Shown: positions 36,695-48,799, counted from the first letter of the whole stretch. The stretch: DNA of 63,818 bases, filler included, from Rhabdomonas costata (GCA_019059605.1; 46 parts of 46 records of this genome joined end to end with filler, not necessarily neighbours in it); one strand, 5' to 3'. The notes: generated by a model not told the origin, from the letters alone. Numbers and translations: made by a program.

Positions 36695-36741
36695 GCCATC
36701 GACTATTGAATTCGCGCCGCGGATCGCATGAAAAATACACC
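36695..36741. repeat. Dispersed repeat family B, copy 1 (copy 2 at 48753-48799)
   Basis: Ungapped 47-nt match with 38 identities, counted by eye. Confidence 0.7.
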
Positions 36742-36880
36742 GTATGAGAGAAGACACCCTCCATAAAAGCTACGATGAAAATGCGGAAACATGAAAAATA
36801 ATCACAGAGTCTTGACACACGTTACGGGTCAGGGTACAGTATTGGACACACAGCCCACTCAACTCGCCCTAGCAGTTAAC

Positions 36881-36985
36881 CTGATAGAAGTTGATGGCCA
36901 TCTTGATGAAGATCGCCAAGTGGGTCTCGCGCTTGCCCCCTTGGCGCTTCAGGCGGATCAGCAAAGCCACCACTAGCAGCACAGC
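36881..36985 (-). CDS. Exon of multi-pass membrane protein
   Basis: AG/GT-bounded 105-nt exon AVLLVVALLIRLKRQGGKRETHLAIFIKMAINFYQ; a KI.+N+.Q-type motif seen in protist surface proteins. Confidence 0.55.
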
Positions 36986-38906
36986 CTGCCCAAAGAAAAC
37001 AAAGAAAGCAGGCCACAAAAAGGAATCTGTCTTATATAGTTGTAATGGCGCAGTTGCACTCCGCTTTTCTCACCCCCCCAAAATAACGATCGTCAGAAAC
37101 GGTCACCAGACCCACCGCCGCTTGGCAGTGGGCACCTCCGCAGTGGGCACACCGCTGTCATGCGGTATGCTGCTACCTTTTGTTTACCTGCGCCTGCCTT
37201 GATATACAATGCAATGTCACTGCACAGCAAACGAAGCAGAGCAAAGCGTCCGATAAAGGCAGGAGGGGCGTACCCACGGGATGTACCCACAACGTGAGGA
37301 CATGAGGCACTGCTATCACGAAAGGGAGGGAACCCACTCCAAAAAACAAAAACTCCATTTAGCAACCTCCTGCTTCCACCGCCTTCCAGTCGCTTCCCCA
37401 CCATGCCCCCCCACCNNNNNNNNNNNNNNNNNNNNNNNNNNNNNNNNNNNNNNNNNNNNTTAATTAATTAANNNNNNNNNNNNNNNNNNNNNNNNNNNNN
37501 NNNNNNNNNNNNNNNGTGGGGTTGGCTTGGCCGCAGCGGCCGCGGAGAGCAGCGCGTGGCGCAGGGCGGAGGTAGGGCTCAGCAGCCGCTCGCGCAGCGC
37601 AGGGCACGCCATCGCAGCATCCTCCCCTGCACACAACACTCAGCCCTCAAAGAAAACCACTCATAAAAAACGTGCACGTGTACTTTTTCAGCACAACAAA
37701 ATGAAACAAGAAACCAAAAAGAATACTGCCCTGCGACCTTACAAGAAGCAGGCAGGGCAGGCCTACCGGCGCACGACAGCTCCAGCCGGGGGCATTGCAG
37801 CGTCACCTTCGCCACCCCAGGGATCGTTCCCACCACCGCAGAGACCTTCTCCTCCGTCAACTGTGCGTATGCGTATCGCTGCACATGTGTCATACTGCAA
37901 AAGAACGGCCGAAAAAGGATAAGCAGAGTGAGCAGCTCACCGCGCTGCGGATGGCAGGAGCTTTTGGCCTTTTGGCAGAAGAAAACAGTCGGCTCAGCAG
38001 AGACGTAGCTCGTAGAAACACACACATACACACAGACACACATACCTCGAAAAGTATAGGAAGACAGGCAAAAACAAAAATAATGGCAGTCACACACCGC
38101 AGAGCACAACTCCGGGGGAAGCTCAACCTAAGCCGGCACAATAAGGGAGACAGTGATCCGTCCAAAAGAGATGCTGTGGTAAATTCCAACCCCTGCAGCA
38201 TCATATGATGGCAGGCAAGAAACACATGGCAGGGCTCCGTTTTTCAGAAAATAATTCCCGAGCTTCGCAGCGTCTTGTATGTTTTTATTTAAGAAAGAGA
38301 AGAGTCCTCCCTTGTGGAAAAACAACGCAGCAAAAAGCTAAACACAAGCCAGTTTTATTTTCTCATAGCTTTGTTTCATACAAGCAACACTCTATCGCCG
38401 GTGATGAAAAAAAGCACAGCTGTCAGCGGTGAACCAAAAAACACCACATCGCAAGTCAAAAGGTCAGGGCGGTGCCAGTCCCCACAACGTCGAAGTGCGT
38501 GGGAAGGAGAGGCACACGCCATTCTCCTCACACACGCCAACCCAGACCCATGAAAAAAAAACTCCGCAGGCATACCACCACTGGGGGTGCCGCCTGGGCC
38601 GCGGGGTGGGGATGGTAGGCCTGCCCTGCGTCACAAACAATGTGCGCTCCCCTGCGCCCTTGTGTCATGCGTGCGTGTGAAAGTGGATTTGAGTGATGTG
38701 GAAGTCGCAAAATTCTCCCCGATCACCAGCGCCAACAAAACCTTGCCACACGTCATCCACCGATTAAAAAACCTCTACTGCCAGCAACGGCTCAGAACAA
38801 TGTGNNNNNNNNNNNNNNNNNNNNNNNNNNNNNNNNNNNNNNNNNNNNTTAATTAATTAANNNNNNNNNNNNNNNNNNNNNNNNNNNNNNNNNNNNNNNN
38901 NNNNGG

Positions 38907-39216
38907 CATGCACAGTTGAGTGGGGGGGGGGCGCCCGTCTAACGGGACGGGCGTTAGACGTCTAACAGTGTTAGACGACACTTGTCTAACACTTGTCTAA
39001 CGTGCATCGCGTGGACTAGTTCATTTCCACGAGACACGTGCCCTCTAGGATTCCAATAGAAGCTTTGCAGGGGGTCAGGAGGTACGGAGGGGTCTGGGGG
39101 ACGCCCCCACCCCCCAGCAACACGCCTGGGGTTAGGAGACGTTTGACGTCTACCGGAGGTCAAACGATGGGGTGGGGCGTTAGACGTCTAACGCCCCACC
39201 CCCCCAACTGTTCATG
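38907..39216. mobile_element. MITE-like element with imperfect terminal inverted repeats and repeated GTTAGAC/GTCTAAC words
   Basis: catgcacagttg...caactgttcatg ends; palindrome GTTAGACGTCTAAC twice; perfect palindrome gggtggggcgttagacgtctaacgccccaccc at about 39170-39201. Confidence 0.5.
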
Positions 39217-39555
39217 ACCCCAGAAATCAGAGCCCTTATGCTACCACCAACGGAATCGACAGTACTCGCAGACGCACCAGGGCAAAGGGTCAGGGAGACA
39301 ACTCGAGGTATTGGAGGCTCAGCGGAATTGGCAGTAATAGTCCGCCACGCGACCTTAGAGTGATGTGCTGGCACGGCAAAGCCTGTAGAGACCGGTCCTG
39401 ACCGTTCACCCATCCGAAAGAAAGCTCTAAGGTTCGTGCCCGCGACAAAAGGCCCCAGCCCTCCAAGGAAGGAGAGTGGATTCTCAGAGACCTGAGCAGC
39501 AAGGGAGCAGTGCAGGTAGCCGCTGGTAAAAGAGCAACTTCGCGACAAGGCCCGG

Positions 39556-39673
39556 GACCCGTGGGGCAGAAGGGAGGTTACCATGTGGAACGTTCGGCGG
39601 TGAGCCGGTTCCGGTTCCCCACGACACATCTCGCGAGCACCCGTGGCCAGCAGCGCGTGCGCCAGTCAGTCCA
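39556..39673 (+). repeat. Dispersed repeat family A, copy 2
   Basis: Matches 16014-16114, with an insertion and a deletion. Confidence 0.85.
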
Positions 39674-40760
39674 CAGAGGCTACCAAACAGTAAAGCGTTG
39701 CGCCATGAACTTTGAACCCCTTTCTACATTGTTTATTGGTTCAGAGGATCCTCAAAGAGGCTTATATGTGGGTGTGCCTGTGCCGTGTCATCCAGAAGGG
39801 CACTACTTGACGGGCAGGAGGCTGCGGGGAAAGCATTGGCATCTCATTGTATCAGTCCTCTCGCGGCAACACTCACGGACACCCACCCACCACCCATCTG
39901 CGAAGCACATGAGCACACGGCACTGCAGAGGAAATGAGCCGCCCAGCCAGCTAGAAGGGGAAAGTGAGGAAATGGAAAGGAAAATAAAAGAAAGAGAAAG
40001 CGGTTACCCACAGCCAGTCAGTCAGCGGCCACCCAGAGCCCATCACACACACAACACACACACACACACAAGAAAAAGAAAAGAAAGAACTTCGCGGGAA
40101 GCCACCACCACCGCGAGCGAGCCAAGGTGGCGTCAAGGCGGCGCAGCCGCGGCAACACGGCCCGCCCCAAGAAAGACAAAAAAACCCCCCAAANNNNNNN
40201 NNNNNNNNNNNNNNNNNNNNNNNNNNNNNNNNNNNNNTTAATTAATTAANNNNNNNNNNNNNNNNNNNNNNNNNNNNNNNNNNNNNNNNNNNNGTTGTTG
40301 CCCACGCAGTGCAGGTCAGCGCAACCGTCCCCATTTCTCCTCACTTAGCCTACTCTGATGCGACTGATGTTTGCATTGAAAATTCCATGAGTTTTTTCTC
40401 TTCTTCTTCCAATTTTTCGCCAGTGAAGTGGGGCGTTCTGTAGTTACGTAATGCATACAGAGGACAGTAGTTTCTCTCGATTGTCGCCATCGTCCAACGT
40501 GTGACTTCTAAAGAATCTGCACGAGGCTGGACTTCAGGCCGAGAGGGATGTAGTCTGGGTTTTAGACTTGCATAGATAGAGCCCTATGGGCCTGGCCCAT
40601 TTCCATTGGCAAAGGGTTGCAGTTTCAGCTTATGTGGATTTAGTTTTGTCCCCCCGTCCAGCTCATGTGGATTTAGCTACGCACCATCGTCCAAACTGCA
40701 TTTCTGCACTTTCAAAAGTTTTGCATTTTCTCTCCACCTGTACCGCTCGCGTTGTCACAG

Positions 40761-40964
40761 CCCAAGTCGGGGGACTGCGTCGTCCGTGGCCCGGAGTGGT
40801 CCAGTGGGGACCAGGATGGCGGTGCGGGGAAACGAGGCCGAGTGATGCAATCGAGCTCTTTCATCTGCAAAGTGAAATGGGAGTCCTCCGGCGAAGTGCC
40901 CCAGTGGTTCACCTGCACAGAGCAGAAATGTGACCTCCTTGTTGTCGAGGCGGCCTCAACAGAG
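40761..40964 (+). CDS. Mib/Herc2 domain exon
   Basis: GDCVVRGPEWSSGDQDGGAGKRGRV...KVKWESSG...KCDL matches G.RVVRGPDW.WG.QDGG.G..G.V...V.W...YDL. Confidence 0.88.
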
Positions 40965-41893
40965 GTCTGTTCCGATCACTTTGCTTTTTTCGTTTACCTC
41001 CCTCCCTTCCTACCTTTCTTCATCATTTTACTGAACGCCGACCTCTCTAGCGTTCTCTTGCATTCCATTTTGGAGCACTTCTTATTTGTTGAATGATGGC
41101 TTCTGCTTTTGGTATTTTGTATGCGCCTGACGGGATTGCTGATTTTAGTGGTCTCCAGAACGTTGCTTACTGCCAAATGCGCAAGTTCCATCGCAAACAC
41201 TGATACGCGCGTGAGCGAGCCTCCCTGTAAATGTACAGCCATACGAGTGCTTTTTATGAAGAGGATAGTTTGTCGAGAGACAATGTAGTCACCCCAGAGC
41301 CTGAGATCATTGATATGCGTATAACATTGTCATACGTATCCGGAATAACAATGTCGTGTACGCGTGTAAAGTTGCTGTGCATAGAATGTTTGCCCCACCA
41401 CCACCCAAAAATAACAGAATACACTTGACCGCACGTTCCCACTCCCAAGCCTCTTCTGGTGTTTCTCGCTTGCCATGGCCTGCAATAGGGAAAGGCTCCA
41501 GGCCAGGCTGCTTCTCTTTAGCGCCTCCCGTTCTGCTTGTTTGGTGAAAGTCGGCGTCTCCAAGTACGCTTCACACCCCACCNNNNNNNNNNNNNNNNNN
41601 NNNNNNNNNNNNNNNNNNNNNNNNNNTTAATTAATTAANNNNNNNNNNNNNNNNNNNNNNNNNNNNNNNNNNNNNNNNNNNNGGGTGGGTGGTGGCTCTG
41701 AAGAACGAGTTGCCGAGGGGCAATCTCCTTTCCCGCGGTTTCAATTGTATAATGTGGGCATGGAGATGAACGGTCGCATCCAAGGTGACAATTTCAGAAA
41801 TGGAGACGGCTCATTGGGCAGTGTATTTTTCGTGTTTGCAAGGGCACCGTCTGCGCCGTGGTCACCGAAGCATGTATGCCGTGGTTCTCACAG

Positions 41894-42930
41894 ACTGGAG
41901 GTGCGATTGCCCTGGGGAGAAGACCGGTCTGGGGCTGACTCTGATCGACGCCCTGGACACCCTTTGGCTGATGGACCTCAGGCCCGAGTTCAACGAGGCC
42001 GTGAGGTGGATCTCCACAGAGCTCTCCTTCCACAAGAACATGCAAGTCTCAGTTTTCGAGACCACGATCAGGTTTTTAAGAGGTCCTGCTGCCAATTCTC
42101 CGCCCTCCGCTTCCGCACCACCATACATTATGGTTGCCCACCTTCGGAGGCTTTTAGTGCTCCGCTCGATCCGTGAGGTTCAGAGCGAAAACAAAAACTC
42201 TGTCCCCCCTATTTTCAGGACTGGACTAGGCTGTTTTTTTCTGGGCATCTTTTTTTAAGGGTGTGGGTTGTAACTAAAAAAGAAGCCTAAAGCTGTAAAC
42301 GGAGCTGGCGGAGTGGTGCCACAACAACGCATATCCTCGGTATCACCCCTGTAGTAATGCCGAGACAAGCTAACCCGGATGTACCCTGTTCGTTGCCCTG
42401 ACACGCACCTACCATGAATTATCTCCGCACTTTTTGCTGCCGTCAATGGGGCGGGAGGATGATGTGAGAAAAACATTCCTTTGTCATCTCTCGCTTTGTG
42501 TATGGATACGAATATGTATGTGCTGTTCTCACAGCGTGGGTACGCGGGCATCACCGATGTCCGGGATGGCTCCCACAAGAACAACAAGATGGAGTCGTTC
42601 TGGCTCGCCGAGACGCTGAAGTACCTCTACCTGCTCTTCGGAGGTCGCTGCCTTGTCGCCTCCCCCCTCCCCCCAACACATCCACCAACCTGCTTGGTTG
42701 ACGGCATTACAATTTCCTCATTCACATGGCCGTCACTTATCCCGCATTCATTCGTCACACAAAACCGGTTTCCACGGCTTCTTCATATATTTTTCTTTTC
42801 CGCTGCTTCGCAAGCCCTTCCTTGTGTCTGAGTAAAAGGTTGCTTTGTTCCTTCTCTTTGCCAGACCAGCGCATGCTGCCGTTGGACGATTGGGTGCTGA
42901 ACACGGAAGCCCACCCGTTGCGGAGGCGAC
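41894..42930 (+). CDS. GH47 alpha-1,2-mannosidase fragments; exons 41894-42071, 42535-42643, 42865-~42930; middle of the gene absent
   Basis: GLGLTLIDALDTLWLM...VSVFETTIR, then MESFWLAETLKYLYLLF and WVLNTEAHPL, the N- and C-terminal GH47 motifs. Confidence 0.93.
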
Positions 42931-44459
42931 TGCAGCATGCGCTGGTCTGGCAAAGAGAAGGAACAACCCCCNNNNNNNNNNNNNNNNNNNNNNNNNNNNN
43001 NNNNNNNNNNNNNNNTTAATTAATTAANNNNNNNNNNNNNNNNNNNNNNNNNNNNNNNNNNNNNNNNNNNNGGTTGGGGTGAACTCACGTGGAAACCGAA
43101 TTTCGTCCATTATCCATTCATCCTCCCCGCTGCAGGCAGAAATTCGGTTTCCACGTGAGTTCAGCCTGGGCCCGGAAACCGATTCCAACCCCTGGGGGAT
43201 GGTTGAAAACCGATTAAAAAATCACTTTTTTCCGCTCCGACGTGCTGTTTGCGCCTGGAAACTGCCATTTAAACGTTATCTTTCCATGGGCAAAGTCCCT
43301 TTAGGAACCAGTGAAGCAAGCTGGGCGACCACGGCTTTGGGAAGGGTGCCATGGGCAAAACCAGAGGCAGAGTTGGAGTCTGGGTCGGAAAAGGTGACCT
43401 ACTCCCCTGTTTTCGAGATCGTAGAGTCGGAAAAAGCACCTCCTGTGCCTTGAAAACACCAGTCTACACCACAAAAAGGCGAAATTTGGGGTCTGAAAGG
43501 CAGTTTTGGGGGTAATTTTAGGGCAGTTTTGCTCCTGCCCCCCCCCCCCCCGGGGGAAAAAGCCATTTCAGTGTCAAAAATTTCGACCCGAATCAGAAGA
43601 GGAGCGATATATTTTGCCCCTTGCAGCATGCCTTTTCACTTGACTACGAGATATGAGGCCTTGTGGATGCACCGGTGCCCAATCTAAGCCACCCATTGGC
43701 CCGTTAAAAGGTAGGTTCATGCCTGGTACAGTGGTCAAAGCGCCGGTCCACAGCCTGGAGCCCCACGTTTGAGACCCGGAGTCATAAATTTTCGAACCTT
43801 GAGTTTTGCACCTCCAGTGCCACGTTTCTCCCCGAATACCTCGAGTTATACCCTCGGGAAGATCTCTGGAAAATCTACTCAGGCCCAGCAGCCGTGTAAG
43901 CCCAGCAAGCGCGAAATTTTGCCTTGCCTCAGGGGTGACGTGATGGTGTTGGAGTCCTGCAGCGGAAAGTGTGGCCCCATCCATCCCCACCCCCTCTTTT
44001 GGGAACGTGGAACGCGAAGAAAACACTTCCGGAACCTCGGCATGGCCTTTTTGCAGCCGAAGAAGCCGAAATTTTGGGTCCAAAAGGTTCTTTCAGTGCT
44101 TGTGGGGAAAATATCGATTTGCAGGTGAGCCCCCCTCCCCTGCTCCCTTCCGTGAAGGGCTCTGTCTGCAATAGATATGAATGTGCAGGATAGGCAGAAC
44201 AGGTGTTGAGACTCGGCGCTTACAAACTGTTAAATTGTCTTCGACCCCCACAAGCACTGAAAGAACCTTTTGGACCCAAAATTTCGGCTTCTTCGGCTGC
44301 AAAAAGGCCATGCCGAGGTTCCGGAAGTGTTTTCTTCGCGTTCCACGTTCCCAAAAAAANNNNNNNNNNNNNNNNNNNNNNNNNNNNNNNNNNNNNNNNN
44401 NNNTTAATTAATTAANNNNNNNNNNNNNNNNNNNNNNNNNNNNNNNNNNNNNNNNNNNN

Positions 44460-44645
44460 CCCCGACCACCGAGGCGAAGCGCACGCCGGCCCTGTGGCAG
44501 CGGACGAGGTACTGCTCGTCCTTCTGTTGCTCTCGGCGAGCGGCCACTGCCCCGCAGTCCTTACCAAAGTCCGCCTGCAGCTGCAGAGGATGCACCACGG
44601 ATGCGTCCACGGCCAGGTCCACCCCGCGGTCGAACCCGAGGATTC
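44460..44645 (-). mobile_element. CRE-type non-LTR retrotransposon restriction-like endonuclease (RLE) fragment
   Basis: GFDRGVDLAVDASVVHPLQ...GAVAARREQQKDEQYLVRC..AGVRF..VV fits D.+V.HP...A...E..K...Y...C.....F. Confidence 0.75.
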
Positions 44646-44739
44646 AGTGAAATATTCCCCCTTCTTTGTTTCGAGTTTCTGTGACGAATTTAGGGAGGGC
44701 CTTCCGAAACGTTGCGTGCTCGTAGCTCCTAGGCGGCTC

Positions 44740-45015
44740 TTTCCTAACCCCGGTTTCAGCGCCCGCTTCCGCGCCAGCTGCCGCAAGAAGCGGCGCCTCG
44801 ATTAGCACCACGCCCCAGCTGTCTCCATGATAACAAAAAGTCCTAACCGCGCTCGATGCACAGCTCGCGGTACTGCTTGACTTTCCCCTCAGCGCCAGCT
44901 TCCGCCGCCGCCCCAGATGTCACCACCCCTTGCAATGGGCGCGAAGGGTGCAGTGGTATTATACAGACCATATGTTTTAGAAAAACATGTTGTATGACGT
45001 CGATGGCCGTAATGT
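44740..45015 (-). mobile_element. Second, more decayed CRE-type RLE fragment
   Basis: TAIDV..//..PLQGVVTSGAAAEAGAEGKVKQYRELCIERG*DF/VIMETAGAWC*SRRRFLRQLARKR, with stops and frameshifts. Confidence 0.65.
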
Positions 45016-45315
45016 CCCAGTACAGGTATTATACACAACGAACAAAAAAGTACGTGAATCTTTTCTCCCACAAAAACCTAGCGCTCCGCTGCACAGCGCG
45101 GCCCAAAAAATCCTGGGAAAACGGCGGGCCACCTGCATCAACTCCTAACCGCCTGCAAGGGACACGTGCATCGCCTCCTAACTCCCGATATGCATATAAT
45201 GGCTACAATGTGACATTCGTAGAAAGCCTTGCTGATTTGGGTTGCCCCCCCCCCAATCGGAATAACACGTTTTAAAACCGGCAGGGTAGGGGGAAGTCAG
45301 CCAGCAAAAAGATAC

Positions 45316-45655
45316 CCAGCTGAGCCAGGTGGTGCTTGAGAAGCGTGTTCATCTCCTGACAGAGACCTCCCCTGGCTCGTTGAACAATCCTTCGATGAAG
45401 ATCACCAACCCCGATGGGACGTTCTTCGCCTTTCATTTTGGGGTGAATGAAAATGAGGTTCTCGATAGGTATGTTGAGACAGTGCATGCGATGAATGATC
45501 TGCAAATTCCTCAGGGAGGGTTCGGGAATCTGCTGCTCACCATCAGGCGTCGCGGAGTTGACGAATCGAATACGCCGCAGGTATGCCAGTAGTGCTGCCC
45601 TGCTGCAAGGATCAAAAATGCTTTGATCACTCCCAGTGACAGCGGTGGGCATCAT
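45316..45655 (-). CDS. Arylamine N-acetyltransferase family protein, first coding exon
   Basis: AYLRRI...PSLRNLQIIHRMHCLNIPIENL...IVQRARGGLCQEMNTLL...LAQLG, including the RGG.C.E.N catalytic Cys motif; GT donor. Confidence 0.9.
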
Positions 45656-46161
45656 TTTTGGGCGCCTTGTACCTAAAAAGGGGTCCAAAACGCTTCATGA
45701 CAGAATAGCAAGTGGAAGAAAAACAAGAAGAGCATGGAATCCGGGGGGNNNNNNNNNNNNNNNNNNNNNNNNNNNNNNNNNNNNNNNNNNNNTTAATTAA
45801 TTAANNNNNNNNNNNNNNNNNNNNNNNNNNNNNNNNNNNNNNNNNNNNGGTTTGGGTTTGATATGTATCCGAAGAAACTTTTCCGTTCAGGGGAAGGCGT
45901 TGGGCAGAGACACATCAGCTCGTTTGGTTGCGTTTCACAGCGAAATGGAATTTATACAGCAGTTTGTGTGTGCGTGCTTGTGTGTATGTCATGTCGCAGA
46001 CAGCAAAAGGGGCACATCCTAAGCAAAACTTAAGAATGGAAGCGGCAAAGTGACGAGAAGGCAGGAGCTTAATGTCCCACTGCAGCATTGCCCATCATCT
46101 GGGTTTCCTTGTGACAAACAGGTTATAATAGATTTGTGTATGCGTCTGTTTTTGATGATAG

Positions 46162-47094
46162 TCCCGTATTGGTGTCCAATCGAAGGGCGTCATGTTATCG
46201 GCCTCCAAGTTCGGACGGGGGTGAAGGACATCAAGGACTACAAGGCCTTCCTATCCGGTCCCGAGGACTACCTGAAGTTCATACGCTGCGCAAAGAAACT
46301 TGCCAAGGACAGGCCCAGCACCAAGCCCGTCGCCTTCTTTCTGGCCACGGACAACTCCGACGTGGCAGCGATGGTGAAGGCGCAGCTGTCGACCACCGGG
46401 GAGGTTTTGCAGTACAGCGCTGGCCGGCCAGTGCACATCTTGCAGGCCAACAACAACAGCCTAGAAGCCCACCGTGACTTGATTCGGGTGCTTGTAAGCA
46501 GCCATTTGCAACCGTAGCCTTTGCAGTGATCCTTATCTTGTCCGATGACTTTCTCCACTTCGGTGTAGATTAAAGTGTGTCGACTCCGTATGTTCTGGCC
46601 AGCGGAAGCTTCGTTTAGAGAGGCAGTCCTTTTGGCTTCATGTCGCATTTCCGAACTCCCAAGCCCTATGGGTTCTGAACTCTGCGCCTTTCCGAGAAGA
46701 AGGATTTCACGCCCTTCCTGGGGCTGCATGTCTTGCCTTGCTTCTGCTGCTTTTTGCTTTTGCTGTCGCTGCTCTTGAATATTGATAGTGGAGAGGGATG
46801 AGCTTTTCCGTGGGACAAGAAGCAGCACATGTCGGAAATGCATTTTGGGAAACATGGTGAAAGAGAAATGGTGCGTGCTTTTTTTTCCTTCCTCAGATCT
46901 GGGCAGACTTCTATACCCTTGGGAGGTGTGACCAGGTCATCCTCACTCGCCAATCCCTGTTTGGATCCAATGCACTGACAACCAGTCCCAGCTATGGCCG
47001 CATCAGCCCCCTGCACATCGTGGACAGCAAGTGCGGCACGGCAGGGCACTTCCCCTGCCTGGACACCGACAGCCCCTACTGCGCCAGTGCCTGA
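46162..47094 (+). CDS. Fucosyltransferase (alpha-1,2/1,6/NodZ-like GT-B), C-terminal part; exons 46162-46487 and 46897-47094
   Basis: Motif I VIGLQVRTG, motif II FFLATDN, motif III DFYTLGRCDQVILTRQSLFG; canonical intron; TGA stop. Confidence 0.85.
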
Positions 47095-48026
47095 AAGAGG
47101 GAATAAAAAATCAAATCTTCCGAAAGCGTCACCTGAANNNNNNNNNNNNNNNNNNNNNNNNNNNNNNNNNNNNNNNNNNNNTTAATTAATTAANNNNNNN
47201 NNNNNNNNNNNNNNNNNNNNNNNNNNNNNNNNNNNNNGGTTGTTGGTCAGGGTTGGGTGCGGGTGTTGGAACGGGGTGTATGGGGTTTGTCCACTTGATA
47301 GTGTGTCCAAAGTTTTGCTTGCTCCTCGATATCCGCCTGGCTGTTTCCCGTGGCTCTCATGCTCTCTCACTGTGTCATTTATGTTCTAGTCAGGAAGGAC
47401 AGAAACCGCGCCTGCATTCCTTGCAGGTTGTGCACCTGAAGACGTTTGTCCTTTTTTGTTGTGATTTTCCGTGGTCTTTTCCCCGCGGAAAGGACTAGAA
47501 CAAAAGACCTCTAGGTTTTGTATGTGCTTGACGAGTCTCCTTCATCGGACCCACGTCATCACTCCTCTGGTGGCATCCCTTTCCCATCCATGACACAAAT
47601 CTCACTCACTTCAACAAGAGATGGAATGGAATCTTGTAGTGCCGGTTTGAATCTGGGAAGAGGGATGGTGGGAAAGCGTTTGAGCTTTGTCGTAGCGGTG
47701 CTGATCACTCACCACCGTTTGTCCTTATACCTTCCTTTGCTTTTTCTGGCTCCCTGATTGCTGGCTGGGTATTTTTGCGGTCTTCTATCGCATTCTATGT
47801 CTCGGTGGGTACATGCTGCTTGGTTCACACCATGAATGGTGGGCAATCTGTTCAAGTAGGAGCCATTGGATGCTCAAAAACGGAATGGAATGGAATGGTT
47901 CAAGCATATCTTCCAATGCTGTACAAATGCGTAAACCGAGAGCCAAACCAATTAGATTCCTTGCAAAGCCATGTATTCTGTGTTTGCATGCATCTTCTGC
48001 GTTCTTGATGCCCACCAACCCTACAG

Positions 48027-48497
48027 ACCGCCGGGATGAGTACTTCTGGTACGTCGACTACAAGTACTTCTTTGACCCCACCCTGTACCGCGCGCACCTG
48101 ATGCGGAAGAAGCTCTGCGATGAGATAGACCGTGCCCGTGACAGCCAAGCCTTCGTGTGCCAGCACCCGGAGTGCTCGAAGAGGTATGTTGTTTGTTGCC
48201 TTTTGCCTCTCGACTGCTTTGCCAATTTCTTGCTCGGAGTGTGACGCAGTGATGTATCCACGCGCGCCCTGGTTACACAATCCGAAGGCTTCAGCCTGAA
48301 CGCAAAAGACTCGTGGCGCAGCAAACCACGCGCGAAACCGTGGTTTTTCTGCTCACCCGTGTCTCTTATGTGCTGGGGTTTTTAATAGCTACGACATCCT
48401 CGACATCTGCACCCTGGAGCGGACCCCCGAGGGCGCCATGAAGTGTGGGCAGTGCCGCCTGGGTTTGCTGGAGAGGCAGGACAATAGCAAGGAGCTG
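48027..48497 (+). CDS. Transcription initiation factor TFIIE alpha subunit, partial; exons 48027-48183 and 48389-48497
   Basis: YFWYVDYKYFFD...YRAHLMRKKL..E......FVCQHPECSKS|YDILD...GAMKCGQC: winged-helix end plus zinc ribbon, as in TFIIE-alpha. Confidence 0.8.
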
Positions 48498-48672
48498 GTC
48501 AGTGACTGCCCACCTACCCACCCACANNNNNNNNNNNNNNNNNNNNNNNNNNNNNNNNNNNNNNNNNNNNTTAATTAATTAANNNNNNNNNNNNNNNNNN
48601 NNNNNNNNNNNNNNNNNNNNNNNNNNGGGTGTGGGGGTGGCCCTCTGGCGCAGAGCACACTTCTGGACAATA

Positions 48673-48700
48673 CCTCCAACCTCCAACCTCCAACCTCCAA
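48673..48700. repeat. (CCTCCAA)x4 tandem repeat
   Basis: Direct reading. Confidence 0.9.
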
Positions 48701-48752
48701 GCCCCAGAGGGCCACCCCCGCACCTGTAAATCTGGGCGGAGAGGGGAGCGAG

Positions 48753-48799
48753 GCCATCTACTATTGCATCCGGGCCACGGACAGCATGGAAAAGACACC
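48753..48799. repeat. Dispersed repeat family B, copy 2
   Basis: Matches 36695-36741. Confidence 0.7.

Noticed and set aside
43072..44359. ORFs in contigs 34738-36025, 43072-44359, 56973-58260 and 59748-61034, and most overlapping ORFs in the supplied track
   Set aside because: No recognisable motifs or splice-bounded GC3-rich frames; treated as intronic, intergenic or repeat DNA and shadow ORFs.
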